64,000 nucleotides of DNA, from the NCBI GenBank assembly GCA_963779635.1, contig CAVZZC010000013.1:107874-171873 (forward strand), in the 5' to 3' direction. Source of the stretch: an uncultured Actinomycetota bacterium. Lineage in GTDB: Bacteria > Actinomycetota > Actinomycetes > Propionibacteriales > Nocardioidaceae. The number at the start of each line of letters is the position of its first letter. The first letter of the stretch is position 1. Below are positions 27,127 to 35,812 of the stretch, in pieces. The notes beneath the pieces are model-generated. The model did no database searches, was not told the DNA's origin, and saw only the letters and a list, made by a program, of their open reading frames with translations. The translations under genes and the position numbers were made by a program.

Positions 27127-29529
27127 TCAGCGCAGGTCGTCGAGCCGGTCCTCCCAGCCCCGGCGGAGCACGGTCGGCAGCTCGCCCCGTAAGGCCTCCT
27201 CGAACATCCGCAGCTGCTCGTCGCTGAGGGCCACCGCCGGGAACGCGCGGCGTACCTCCAGGGCGAAGGCCTGGCCGCGGCGCGCCAGGCGGGGTGCCTC
27301 GGCGACGTACGCCGCGACGTACGGCGCCACCAGGTCGGCCTGCTCCGGATCGAACAGGCCGCCGCACACCGCGGTCAGCATCCGGTTGGAGATCCGCTCG
27401 TCCTCGACGACCAGCGCCCAGGCCGCGGCCTTCGCCTCGGGAGTCGGCACGGCGGCGGCCGCGGTGGCGGCGCCGAGCACGCCCTCGATCGTGCCGTCGC
27501 GCTCCCGCTCCTCGTCGATGGCCGCGAGGTCGAGCTCACCGAGGGAGGCGAGGCGGTGCACCACCGACCAGCGCAGCCCCGGGTCGAGGTCGACGCCGGC
27601 GTCGGTGGCTCCCTCGTCCAGCCAGCGCCGCAGCTCGCCGGCGTCATGGCTCGCTGCGGCCTGGCCCCGGGTGAGCTCGATCCGGACCTGCTCGTCGTCG
27701 GTGCCGGCGATGCCCAGCCGGCAGGACTGGGCCAGCAGGTCGAGCGCGCTCCCGGCCTCGCTCGCGGGCAGTCGCTGGACCACGATCCCCAGGGTCCGGC
27801 GGACCACGACGCTGACGATGGGGACCTCGCGCTCGCCGGGCAGGTGCCGCGACACCAGGGTCAGGAAGTCCGCGGCCGGCAGCTCGCGGCTCCGCACCAG
27901 ACCGAACGCCGCGGTCCACAGAACCGCGCGCACCATCGGGTCGTTGATGCCGGACAGGCCGCGCACCACGGCCTCCCAGGACTGCTCGTCGAGCACCACC
28001 CGGGCGAAGGTCTCCCCGTGGCTGTTGGGTACGACGACCAGCCCGGCCCACTCCTCGATCCGCACCGGCTCGGCGGCGAGGTCGACGTACCTGCTGCCGA
28101 CCTCGGCCAGCCCGTCGTCGTACGCCGTCACCCGGATGCGGTGCGGCCGGTCGCCCTCGCGGGTGAGCACCGGCACCTCGCCGTCGCGACCGACCCGGAT
28201 CGTGTCGAACCCGGTGGTCCGCAGCCACCGCTCGGCCCAGTCCCGGACGTCGCGCTCGGACACCGAGTCGAGGGCCGAGACGAAGTCGGCGAGCGTGGCG
28301 TTGCCGAGGCGGTGTCGGGTCAGGTAGGCGTTGAGCCCCGCCAGGAAAGCGTCATCGCCCAGCCAGGTGACCAGCTGGCGCAGCGCCGCATTGCCCTTGG
28401 CGTAGGAGATCATGTCGAAGTTGTTGGCGGCCGCGTCGACGTCCGGCACCTCCTCGGGCGCGGGCGCGATCGGGTGGGTCGACCGGCGCTGGTCGGCGTC
28501 GAACGCGACCGGCTTGCGGCTGATCTCACCGGCGAGCAATGCCCCCGGCTCGTCCACCGCGTCGGCGGCGACCCGGTAGCCCATGTAGTCGGCGAAGCTC
28601 TCCTGCAGCCAGGTGTCCTCCCACCAGGTCATCGTCACCAGGTCGCCGAACCACATGTGCGCCATCTCGTGCGCGATCGTCGAGGTGCGGTTGATCCTCA
28701 TCAGGTCGGTGAGCCGGCCACGGGGGAGGTACTCGTCGCGGTAGGTGACGCAGCCCGGTGTCTCCAGCGCCCCCCAGTTCTGACCGGGCACGAACGCCTG
28801 GTCGTACGAGTCGAACGCGTAGGGCTCGGTGAACAGCTTGGCGTAGTGGTCGAAGCAGCCCTCCGTGACCTCTCGCAGGTGCTCGAAGTCGCGGTCGAGC
28901 TCGGCGGCGAGCGACCGTCGTGCGTGCCACCCGAACGGCAGCCCGGCGTGCTCCCAGGTCCTCGAGTGCCACGGCCCCGCGCACACGACGAACATCGCCA
29001 CCGGGATCGGCTGCGTCGTCGCGAACCGCCAGCGCCCGTCGGCTCCGTCCAGCAGCCGGCCGTTGCCGAGCACGGTCCATTGCTGGTCTGCCGTGACGCT
29101 CAGGTCCACGGTGGCCTTGAGGTCGTTCTGGTCGAAGCACGCGAAGACCCGCTGGGCGACGTCCATGCCGACGTACGCCGAGGCGTAGGTCTCGCCGTCG
29201 GCGGGGTCGGTGAAGATGTGCATCCCGTCGCCGTCGGTGACGTAGGGCAACCGGGCGTCCACGACGACCTCGTTGCGGTCGGTCAGCCCGGTCAACGAGA
29301 TCCGGCGGCCGTCGTACGCCGGTTGGGCGGGAACGCCGTTGATGCTCACCCGCAGGCTGGCGGCGTCGGTGAGCTCGACGAACGTCTCGGGCCCGGTGCT
29401 CGCGAAGCTCAGCGCCGTCCGGCAGCCGAACGTGCCGGCGGAGGGCTCGGTGAGGTCGAGGTCGATGGAGTAGGAGACGTCGGAGACCTGAGCGGCGCGG
29501 GCCCGCGCCTCGGTGAGGGTGAGAGACAC
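27127..29529 (-). CDS. pepN: Aminopeptidase N (M1)
   Basis: GALETPG, HEMAH-X18-E, ISYAKG; leaderless TAGGGT. Confidence 0.92.
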   Translation of the reverse strand: MSLTLTEARARAAQVSDVSYSIDLDLTEPSAGTFGCRTALSFASTGPETFVELTDAASLRVSINGVPAQPAYDGRRISLTGLTDRNEVVVDARLPYVTDGDGMHIFTDPADGETYASAYVGMDVAQRVFACFDQNDLKATVDLSVTADQQWTVLGNGRLLDGADGRWRFATTQPIPVAMFVVCAGPWHSRTWEHAGLPFGWHARRSLAAELDRDFEHLREVTEGCFDHYAKLFTEPYAFDSYDQAFVPGQNWGALETPGCVTYRDEYLPRGRLTDLMRINRTSTIAHEMAHMWFGDLVTMTWWEDTWLQESFADYMGYRVAADAVDEPGALLAGEISRKPVAFDADQRRSTHPIAPAPEEVPDVDAAANNFDMISYAKGNAALRQLVTWLGDDAFLAGLNAYLTRHRLGNATLADFVSALDSVSERDVRDWAERWLRTTGFDTIRVGRDGEVPVLTREGDRPHRIRVTAYDDGLAEVGSRYVDLAAEPVRIEEWAGLVVVPNSHGETFARVVLDEQSWEAVVRGLSGINDPMVRAVLWTAAFGLVRSRELPAADFLTLVSRHLPGEREVPIVSVVVRRTLGIVVQRLPASEAGSALDLLAQSCRLGIAGTDDEQVRIELTRGQAAASHDAGELRRWLDEGATDAGVDLDPGLRWSVVHRLASLGELDLAAIDEERERDGTIEGVLGAATAAAAVPTPEAKAAAWALVVEDERISNRMLTAVCGGLFDPEQADLVAPYVAAYVAEAPRLARRGQAFALEVRRAFPAVALSDEQLRMFEEALRGELPTVLRRGWEDRLDDLR

Positions 29530-29538
29530 CCGGCGACC

Positions 29539-30141
29539 CTATGTCTGAGTGACCAGGTCCGTCTCTCGGCCGGAGCACAGCATCAGCAGCTCCTGCATCG
29601 GACCCTCGACCACCCGCCCCTGGCCGCGCGCCCAGTCGACGTCGGTGGCGACCATCCGCACGCCCTTGATGAAACGGCGGGTGCCCATCAGCGGCGCGAG
29701 CAGCCGAAGCCGGTCCGCAGCGACCGCAGCGGCTGTCGGGTCCATGTCGTGCCGAAGGCCGAGCGGCCGGATGATGTCCTGGTGGTGCACGAGCGCGTCG
29801 ATGAGCGGTTCCACCGTGGTCGTCGTCGGGACCTTCCGGCGTGACGTCGCGTAGGTCTCGAAGTCTTGGAGGATGTCCGCGATGCTCTTGCGCGCCGAGG
29901 TCCGCTTGGTCTCGCGGAAGATCATCGTGTTGTAGCCGCGGCCCAGGTTGCGCGCGAAGAGCCCCATGGTCCTGCCGAACCCCATCTGCGGCGTCGAGAT
30001 GATGTGGGCGGCCACGTCCTTGACGGTCCAGCCCGCGCACAGCGAGTCGTGCTGCCACTGCTCGGGCGTCAGCGTGCGGAGGGTCCGGGCGAGCGTCGCG
30101 CGCTCGTGGTGGATGTGCCCCCAGAGGGTGTCGCGGTCCAT
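29539..30141 (-). CDS. Maleylpyruvate isomerase family mycothiol-dependent enzyme (DinB-like)
   Basis: SLCAGWTVKDVAAH, LVHHQDI. Confidence 0.85.
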   Translation of the reverse strand: MDRDTLWGHIHHERATLARTLRTLTPEQWQHDSLCAGWTVKDVAAHIISTPQMGFGRTMGLFARNLGRGYNTMIFRETKRTSARKSIADILQDFETYATSRRKVPTTTTVEPLIDALVHHQDIIRPLGLRHDMDPTAAAVAADRLRLLAPLMGTRRFIKGVRMVATDVDWARGQGRVVEGPMQELLMLCSGRETDLVTQT

Positions 30142-30167
30142 GACCCCCTCCTCCGAACTGGTAAGAT

Positions 30168-30190
30168 TCTCTGACTAATATGGTCAGAGA
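30168..30190. promoter_or_regulatory. Palindromic operator, likely for MarR
   Basis: TCTCTGAC-N7-GTCAGAGA in the divergent spacer. Confidence 0.65.
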
Positions 30191-30217
30191 GGCTGACCAC
30201 TTTGTCAAGAGGGGGCC

Positions 30218-30646
30218 ATGACCGAGCTGCATCCCGCGGTGCTGATGTTCATCGCCGGCCGGCACGTCGAGACCCGCGTCATCGACGCGGTTCGGGAGGC
30301 GGGCTTCGACCTCACCCTGCCCCAGGCAAAGCTCGCGGCCCGGATCGGCGAGCAGGGCAGCAGGTTGACCGACCTCGCGGAGCAGGCCCAGATCACCAAG
30401 CAGAGCGCCGGCTTCCTGGTCGACCAGCTCGAGCGGGCCGGTCTGGTCGAACGGGCCCCCGACCCGGCGGACGCCCGCGCGCGGCTGGTGCGCTTCACCG
30501 AGGGCGGAATGCGCGTGGTGGCCGTCGCGAGGAAGGTGGAGGGTCAGGTGCTGCGCGAGTGGCGCCGGCACCTGGGGCCGGAGCGGTTCGCGGCGCTGCA
30601 GGGAGCGCTCACGACGCTGCGGGAGATCACCGACCCATACGCCTGA
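30218..30646 (+). CDS. MarR family regulator
   Basis: LTDLAEQAQITKQSAGFLVDQLERAGLVERAPDPADARARLVRFT. Confidence 0.9.
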   Translation: MTELHPAVLMFIAGRHVETRVIDAVREAGFDLTLPQAKLAARIGEQGSRLTDLAEQAQITKQSAGFLVDQLERAGLVERAPDPADARARLVRFTEGGMRVVAVARKVEGQVLREWRRHLGPERFAALQGALTTLREITDPYA

Positions 30647-30856
30647 CGCTTACGGATTGGTGCCGGGTCCCCATCCCCGTTACGATTCTGCGGTTGCCTC
30701 GGCGAGGGAGCCCCACGTGCTGCGCGGGTCTCCGTGATCGACAGGGCCGGCTGAATGTCCGCCGCGCGCCGTCGACCACGGAGCGCGGCGTTTTCGCTTC
30801 CGGCCAGAGCGACACCGAGTTTTCGACGTACGCCACGAGCCAGAGAGAGTCATCCC

Positions 30857-31549
30857 ATGCCCGAGAAGATCAAGGCCGAGTCCCGCACCGAGTTCGGTAA
30901 GGGTGCGGCCCGCCGGATCCGCCGAGAGCACAAGGTGCCGGCCGTGGTCTACGGGCACGGCAACGAGACGATCCACGTCAGCCTGCCGGGCCACGAGACG
31001 ATGATGGCGCTCAAGCACGGTGGCTCCAACGCGCTGCTGGAGCTCGACATCGACGGCTCCACGCAGCTGGCGCTGACCAAGCAGGTGCAGATCGACCCGA
31101 TCCGCCGCACCCTGGAGCACATCGACTTCGTCGCCGTCCGCAAGGGCGAGAAGGTCACCGTCGACGTCGGCATCCACCTTGCGGGCGAGGCCGCCCCCGA
31201 CACGCTGGTCGTCACCGAGAACACCACGATCTCCCTCGAGGCCGAGGCCACCAACATCCCCGAGTGGATCGAGGTCAGCATCGAGGGCCTCGAGGTCGGC
31301 ACCCAGATCCTCGCCGGCCAGCTCACGCTGCCCGAGGGCTCGACGCTGCTCACCGACGACGAGATGTTGATCGTCAACATCACCAACGCTCCCACCCAGG
31401 AGGAGGTCGACGCCGAGCTGGAGGAGGCCGAGGCCGAGGCCGGCATCGAGCGCGACGAGCACGTGGAGACGGTGGAGGAGGCCGAGGCCGCCGCCGAGGG
31501 CGAGGGCGAGGCCTCCGCCGAGGGCGGCGAGGGTGGCGACGAGGAGTGA
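30857..31549 (+). CDS. rplY: 50S ribosomal protein L25/Ctc
   Basis: [26 protein letters not shown]; acidic tail. Confidence 0.95.
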   Translation: MPEKIKAESRTEFGKGAARRIRREHKVPAVVYGHGNETIHVSLPGHETMMALKHGGSNALLELDIDGSTQLALTKQVQIDPIRRTLEHIDFVAVRKGEKVTVDVGIHLAGEAAPDTLVVTENTTISLEAEATNIPEWIEVSIEGLEVGTQILAGQLTLPEGSTLLTDDEMLIVNITNAPTQEEVDAELEEAEAEAGIERDEHVETVEEAEAAAEGEGEASAEGGEGGDEE

Positions 31550-31623
31550 TCCTCCGCCGGCTCAGGTGGTTCCTGGGTCGCTTGATATCACCGGTCACCG
31601 GAACAGCCGAGCAGGAGAGTGAC

Positions 31624-32217
31624 ATGGCTGCTGCCGAGGTGTGGCTGGTGGTCGGCCTGGGCAACCCAGGTCCGAAGTACGCCGGGCACCGGCACAACGT
31701 GGGCTACCTCGTCGCCGAGGAGCTCGCCGAGCGGCTCGGCTCACCCTTCAAGTCGCACAAGACCGGTCGGGCCGACGTGGTCGAGGGTCGCATCGGCGCG
31801 CCCGGGACGGCCGGCCCGCGGGTGGTCCTCGCGCGTCCACGCTCCTTCATGAACGAGCTCGGCGGGCCGGTGAAGGCGCTGGCCACCTTCTACAAGGTCC
31901 CGGCCGAGCGGATCGTCGCGGTCCATGACGAGCTGGACATCCCGTTCGGGACCATGCGGATCAAGCTGGGCGGCGGCGACAACGGTCACAACGGGCTCAG
32001 GTCGCTGCGGTCATCGCTCGGCACCGGCGAGTTCCACCGGGTGCGCATCGGCGTCGGCCGGCCGCCCGGGCGACAGGAGGTCGCCGACTTCCTGCTGTCC
32101 GACTACACCACGGCCGAGCGCAAGGAGATCCCGCTGCAGGTGGTGCTCGCAGCGGACGCCGTGGAGACGCTGCTCACCGAGGGTCTCGAGCGCACCCAGC
32201 AGAAGTTCAACTCCTGA
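31624..32217 (+). CDS. pth: Peptidyl-tRNA hydrolase
   Basis: [28 protein letters not shown]; alternative start GTG 31546. Confidence 0.95.
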   Translation: MAAAEVWLVVGLGNPGPKYAGHRHNVGYLVAEELAERLGSPFKSHKTGRADVVEGRIGAPGTAGPRVVLARPRSFMNELGGPVKALATFYKVPAERIVAVHDELDIPFGTMRIKLGGGDNGHNGLRSLRSSLGTGEFHRVRIGVGRPPGRQEVADFLLSDYTTAERKEIPLQVVLAADAVETLLTEGLERTQQKFNS

Positions 32218-32238
32218 CCCTCTGGCTAGGGTGACCCG

Positions 32239-33018
32239 GTGACCTTCGACCCCGGCACCCCACCCGACGACGCGGCTACCAACGACCACGTGCTGGCCAC
32301 CTGGCTGGCCGAGGTGGCCGGGCACCGACTGCTCGAGGTGCGCGGCGAGGGGTTGGAGGGGCGCGAGCTCAAGGACGCCGGCGACCGGGCCGCCCACGAA
32401 CTCCTGATGGCGCTGCTGGCCGAGCACCGGCCCGCCGACGCCGTCCTCTCCGAGGAGGGCAAGGACGACAAGCGTCGGCTCGAGGCCGAGCGGGTCTGGA
32501 TCGTCGACCCGCTCGACGGCACCCGGGAGTTCTCCGAGGTGCCGCGCGACGACTGGGCCGTGCACGTCGCGCTCTGGCAGGCCGGCGACCTGACGGCCGG
32601 AGCCGTGGCCCAGCCGGTGCTGGGGGAGACGTTCAACACCGGGAACCCGCCGGTCGTCCCGCCGCGGACCGCCGAGCGGCCGCGGATCGCGGTCTCGCGC
32701 AGCCGCCCGCCGGCGTTCGTGCCCGCGCTCGCCGAGGAGCTCGGCGCCGAGCTGGTGGCCATGGGCTCGGCCGGGGTGAAGGTGATCTCGGTGGCGCGCG
32801 ACATCACCGACGCCTACGTGCACTCCGGCGGCCAGTACGAGTGGGACTCCGCTGCTCCGGTCGCGGTCGCCCGGGCGGCCGGCCTCTTCACGTCGCGGAT
32901 CGACGGCACTCCGCTGCAGTACAACCAGGACGACGTCTACCTGCCCGATCTCATCGTCTGCCGGCCCGAGTTGGCCGAGCAGATCGTCGACTTCGTGAAG
33001 CGCCACAACGCCGGATGA
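32239..33018 (+). CDS. cysQ: 3'(2'),5'-bisphosphate nucleotidase (inositol monophosphatase family)
   Basis: LSEE, WIVDPLDGTREF, EWDSAA; leaderless TAGGGT. Confidence 0.85.
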   Translation: MTFDPGTPPDDAATNDHVLATWLAEVAGHRLLEVRGEGLEGRELKDAGDRAAHELLMALLAEHRPADAVLSEEGKDDKRRLEAERVWIVDPLDGTREFSEVPRDDWAVHVALWQAGDLTAGAVAQPVLGETFNTGNPPVVPPRTAERPRIAVSRSRPPAFVPALAEELGAELVAMGSAGVKVISVARDITDAYVHSGGQYEWDSAAPVAVARAAGLFTSRIDGTPLQYNQDDVYLPDLIVCRPELAEQIVDFVKRHNAG

Positions 33019-33644
33019 CCGGCCCTCGGCCCGTCCGGCACGTGCTCCTCGACGCGGACGGTGTCGTGCAGCAGAGCACGTCGTTGGGCGGTGAGGTCGA
33101 CACGCTGGCCGGCCATCTCGGGGAGGGCTCGGTTGAGTGGCTCACCAGCACCTTCACTCCCGACGGCCCGGTGCTACGCGGCCGGGCGGACGTGGTGCCA
33201 CTGCTGGCCGAGGCGCTGCTCGCCAACGGGAGCGACGCCGACGCGCAGCGTGTCTACGACGACCTCTGGCTCGCCTTCGAGGTCTCTCCGGAGTCCCTCG
33301 CCGTCGCCGCCGCACTTCGTGCTTCGGGCGTCGGAGTGCACCTGGCCACCAACCAGGACCGCGGCCGGGCGGCATACATGAAGGCCGAGCTCGGGTACGA
33401 CGAGGTGTTCGACTCGGCCTTCTACTCCAGCGATGTGGGCTGGGCGAAGCCGTCGGCCGAGTTCTTCACGCACGTGGTCGACGCGCTCGGTGCTTCTCCG
33501 GACGAGGTCCTGTTCGTCGACGACTCGCAGGCGAACGTCGACGGCGCCCGCGCCGCCGGCCTCCGCGCTGAGCGGTGGGAGATCGGCGAGGGGATCGATT
33601 CGCTGCGTGCGCTGCTGTCGGCGCACGGACTGACCGTGACCTGA
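33015..33644 (+). CDS. HAD family hydrolase
   Basis: LLDADGV, LATNQ, AKPS, FVDD; ATGA coupling to cysQ. Confidence 0.9.
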   Translation: MTGPRPVRHVLLDADGVVQQSTSLGGEVDTLAGHLGEGSVEWLTSTFTPDGPVLRGRADVVPLLAEALLANGSDADAQRVYDDLWLAFEVSPESLAVAAALRASGVGVHLATNQDRGRAAYMKAELGYDEVFDSAFYSSDVGWAKPSAEFFTHVVDALGASPDEVLFVDDSQANVDGARAAGLRAERWEIGEGIDSLRALLSAHGLTVT

Positions 33645-33653
33645 GGTCGCACC

Positions 33654-34781
33654 TCAGGTGTACTGGTCGCTGCTCTCGTGGTGGAAGTCGCCCGGAGGGA
33701 CGTTGCCACCGGCCAAGTCGGGCCGCTTCACGACCAGCAGGTTCGCCTTCTCGATCGTGTCGACCTGCTCCTTGAGGCCATTGACGAAGTCGGTCTCGAA
33801 CGCGTCCCAGTGCGTCTTCACGTTCTTGTTGATCGTGTCGACGGCGTCCGAGAAGTCCTTGGCCAGGCCCTCGGGCTTCCACTCCGAGGCCTTCTCGTCG
33901 TACTTCGCGTCCTCCGGGATCTTGTCCTTGGCCCAGCCCAGGAACCCCTCGGCTGCGCCCTTGGCCTGGTCGCCGTAGCTGGTCCCGGCTTCGGGCTCCG
34001 GGGTCTCGTCGATGCCGGTCGGCTTGGTCTTCACCGCGTCCAGCAGCGGGATGTAGTCGACGAGCGACAGCGCGGTCTCGGCGATCACGATCCACTCCGA
34101 CGGCGAGATCGAGTGCGCGTCCTGGCGCTGCTCGAGGGCGTCCTGGACGCGTTCGACCATCGTCGTCACGGTGGTCATGCAGCTGTGCTGGCCGGCGTCG
34201 ATGATGCCCTTCGCGAAGGCGCACCCACGCATCAGCATGTTGGCCAGCCACTCCTGGTTGTCCACGCAGTCGACCATCGGGTTGTAGAAGTTGTTGAAGA
34301 AGTTGAAGGCGGCGACGCCCTCCCACTGGTCGGTGCCGTAGACGAGACCGCCGAAGTCCCTGGGCACCTCGGTGGCCAAGGTCGTGGCCACTTCGGTGAA
34401 GTCGAGGCCGGCCGAGTTGAGGTCCTCGGGCTTGGCGTAGACGAGGTTCTCGAACTTCGGGGTGATCGCGCTGACCTTCTCGACCGCCCAGGAGGCGCCC
34501 TCCTTCTGCCAGCCCTCGAGCTTCCCCTTCCAGTGCTCCTTCGCGGCCTCGTCGTCGTCGAACTCGTAGTTGAAGTACTGGAAGTCGACGTAGAACGGCG
34601 CGGTCTCGCCGATCAGGAAGCTGATCCGGCCCGGCGTCTCGATGCCTTCACTGTGGAAGATGTCGTTGCTGTCCGCGGCCTCGACGGCCTCATGGATGAA
34701 CCAGAACTCGCCGAGCTTCTCCTGGAACTCGCTGATCTTGCTCCAGAAGGCGCTGTACTCGAACTTGACCTGCTCAGACAC
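33654..34781 (-). CDS. Hypothetical acidic protein with WxG motif (EspA/WXG100-like)
   Basis: TDQWEGVAAFNFFNNF; no signal peptide or TM segment seen. Confidence 0.65.
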   Translation of the reverse strand: MSEQVKFEYSAFWSKISEFQEKLGEFWFIHEAVEAADSNDIFHSEGIETPGRISFLIGETAPFYVDFQYFNYEFDDDEAAKEHWKGKLEGWQKEGASWAVEKVSAITPKFENLVYAKPEDLNSAGLDFTEVATTLATEVPRDFGGLVYGTDQWEGVAAFNFFNNFYNPMVDCVDNQEWLANMLMRGCAFAKGIIDAGQHSCMTTVTTMVERVQDALEQRQDAHSISPSEWIVIAETALSLVDYIPLLDAVKTKPTGIDETPEPEAGTSYGDQAKGAAEGFLGWAKDKIPEDAKYDEKASEWKPEGLAKDFSDAVDTINKNVKTHWDAFETDFVNGLKEQVDTIEKANLLVVKRPDLAGGNVPPGDFHHESSDQYT

Positions 34782-34802
34782 GCGTTCGCTCCCATGCGTC
34801 GA

Positions 34803-35300
34803 TCAGTAGTAGTGATTGGGGCCGCCCGGCGGGACGTACGGCTCGTCGGGCTTGACCGGGGGCGACACGTACGGCGGCGGCTCGTCGTACTTGCCCTTCT
34901 CGTCGGGAGACTGGATCAGGCGGTTGAACGAGCCGCGCGCGTCGCCGTCGGTGGCGGCGTAGTCGTCGGCCAGGGTGACCAGCGCCGGACCGACCTCGTT
35001 GAGGATCGTCGCGGTGCGGTAGAACGCGCCGTGGAGGGTGTCGCGGATCTGCTTGAGCTTGGTCAGGCCCGCCGGGTTGCCGACGCTGTCGGCGACCTTG
35101 GTGATGTTGTAGCCGGTCGCCTGCATCGTGTACGTCATGGACGAGAACCGCTGGGCGTGCTCCGGAAAGTTGATCCTGCCGGCGCGGTAGAGCGAGTAGA
35201 GGTCGATGCCGAACTGGCCGCCGTGCCCGACGTCGCCGAGCCCGTCTCGACTGGACTCGCCGTCGGGGGTGTAGCCCGGCTTGTAGGGGTCGTGTCCCAT
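34803..35300 (-). CDS. EspC-like type VII secretion target
   Basis: IDLYSL...ALVTLADDYAATDGDA (YxxxD); Pro-rich tail; RBS GAAAGGA. Confidence 0.6.
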   Translation of the reverse strand: MGHDPYKPGYTPDGESSRDGLGDVGHGGQFGIDLYSLYRAGRINFPEHAQRFSSMTYTMQATGYNITKVADSVGNPAGLTKLKQIRDTLHGAFYRTATILNEVGPALVTLADDYAATDGDARGSFNRLIQSPDEKGKYDEPPPYVSPPVKPDEPYVPPGGPNHYY

Positions 35301-35398
35301 CGGGTTCCTTTCGCGAATGCCTGAGCCGACAGCCTCCCCGCTCAGCCGATCCCAAAACCTGTTGGCGGGTGGCGCCTGTCACGTACCAGAGTGAGCGC

Positions 35399-35812
35399 AT
35401 GACCTCCTTCGTCTCGCACACCACCATCGACTGCGCCAATGCCTACGAGCTCTCGGAGTGGTGGAAGCAGCTGCTCGGGTACGTCGACATCGACGGCGAC
35501 CCGAACCTGCCCGGCCACGAGGAGTGCATGATCCGCGACCCCGAGTCCGGCCATCAGCTGCTGTTCATCGAGGTACCCGAATCCAGGTCGGAGAAGAAGA
35601 ACCGGATCCACCTGGACCTACGGCCGCGTGACCTCACCCAGGCCGAGGAGGTCGAGCGGCTGCTCGGCATCGGCGCCACTCAGGTGTGGGACCTCCGGGG
35701 CAAGTACGGCCCCGGAACCGGGTGGGTGACGCTCGCCGACCCGGAGGGCAACGAGTTCTGCATCCTGCTCTCGGAGGCGGAGCGGGCCGCGCTGCCTGCG
35801 GAGCCGGCCTAG
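35399..35812 (+). CDS. VOC/glyoxalase family protein
   Basis: TTIDCANA, LLFIEVPE, KKNRIHLDL, LADPEGNEFC. Confidence 0.9.
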   Translation: MTSFVSHTTIDCANAYELSEWWKQLLGYVDIDGDPNLPGHEECMIRDPESGHQLLFIEVPESRSEKKNRIHLDLRPRDLTQAEEVERLLGIGATQVWDLRGKYGPGTGWVTLADPEGNEFCILLSEAERAALPAEPA

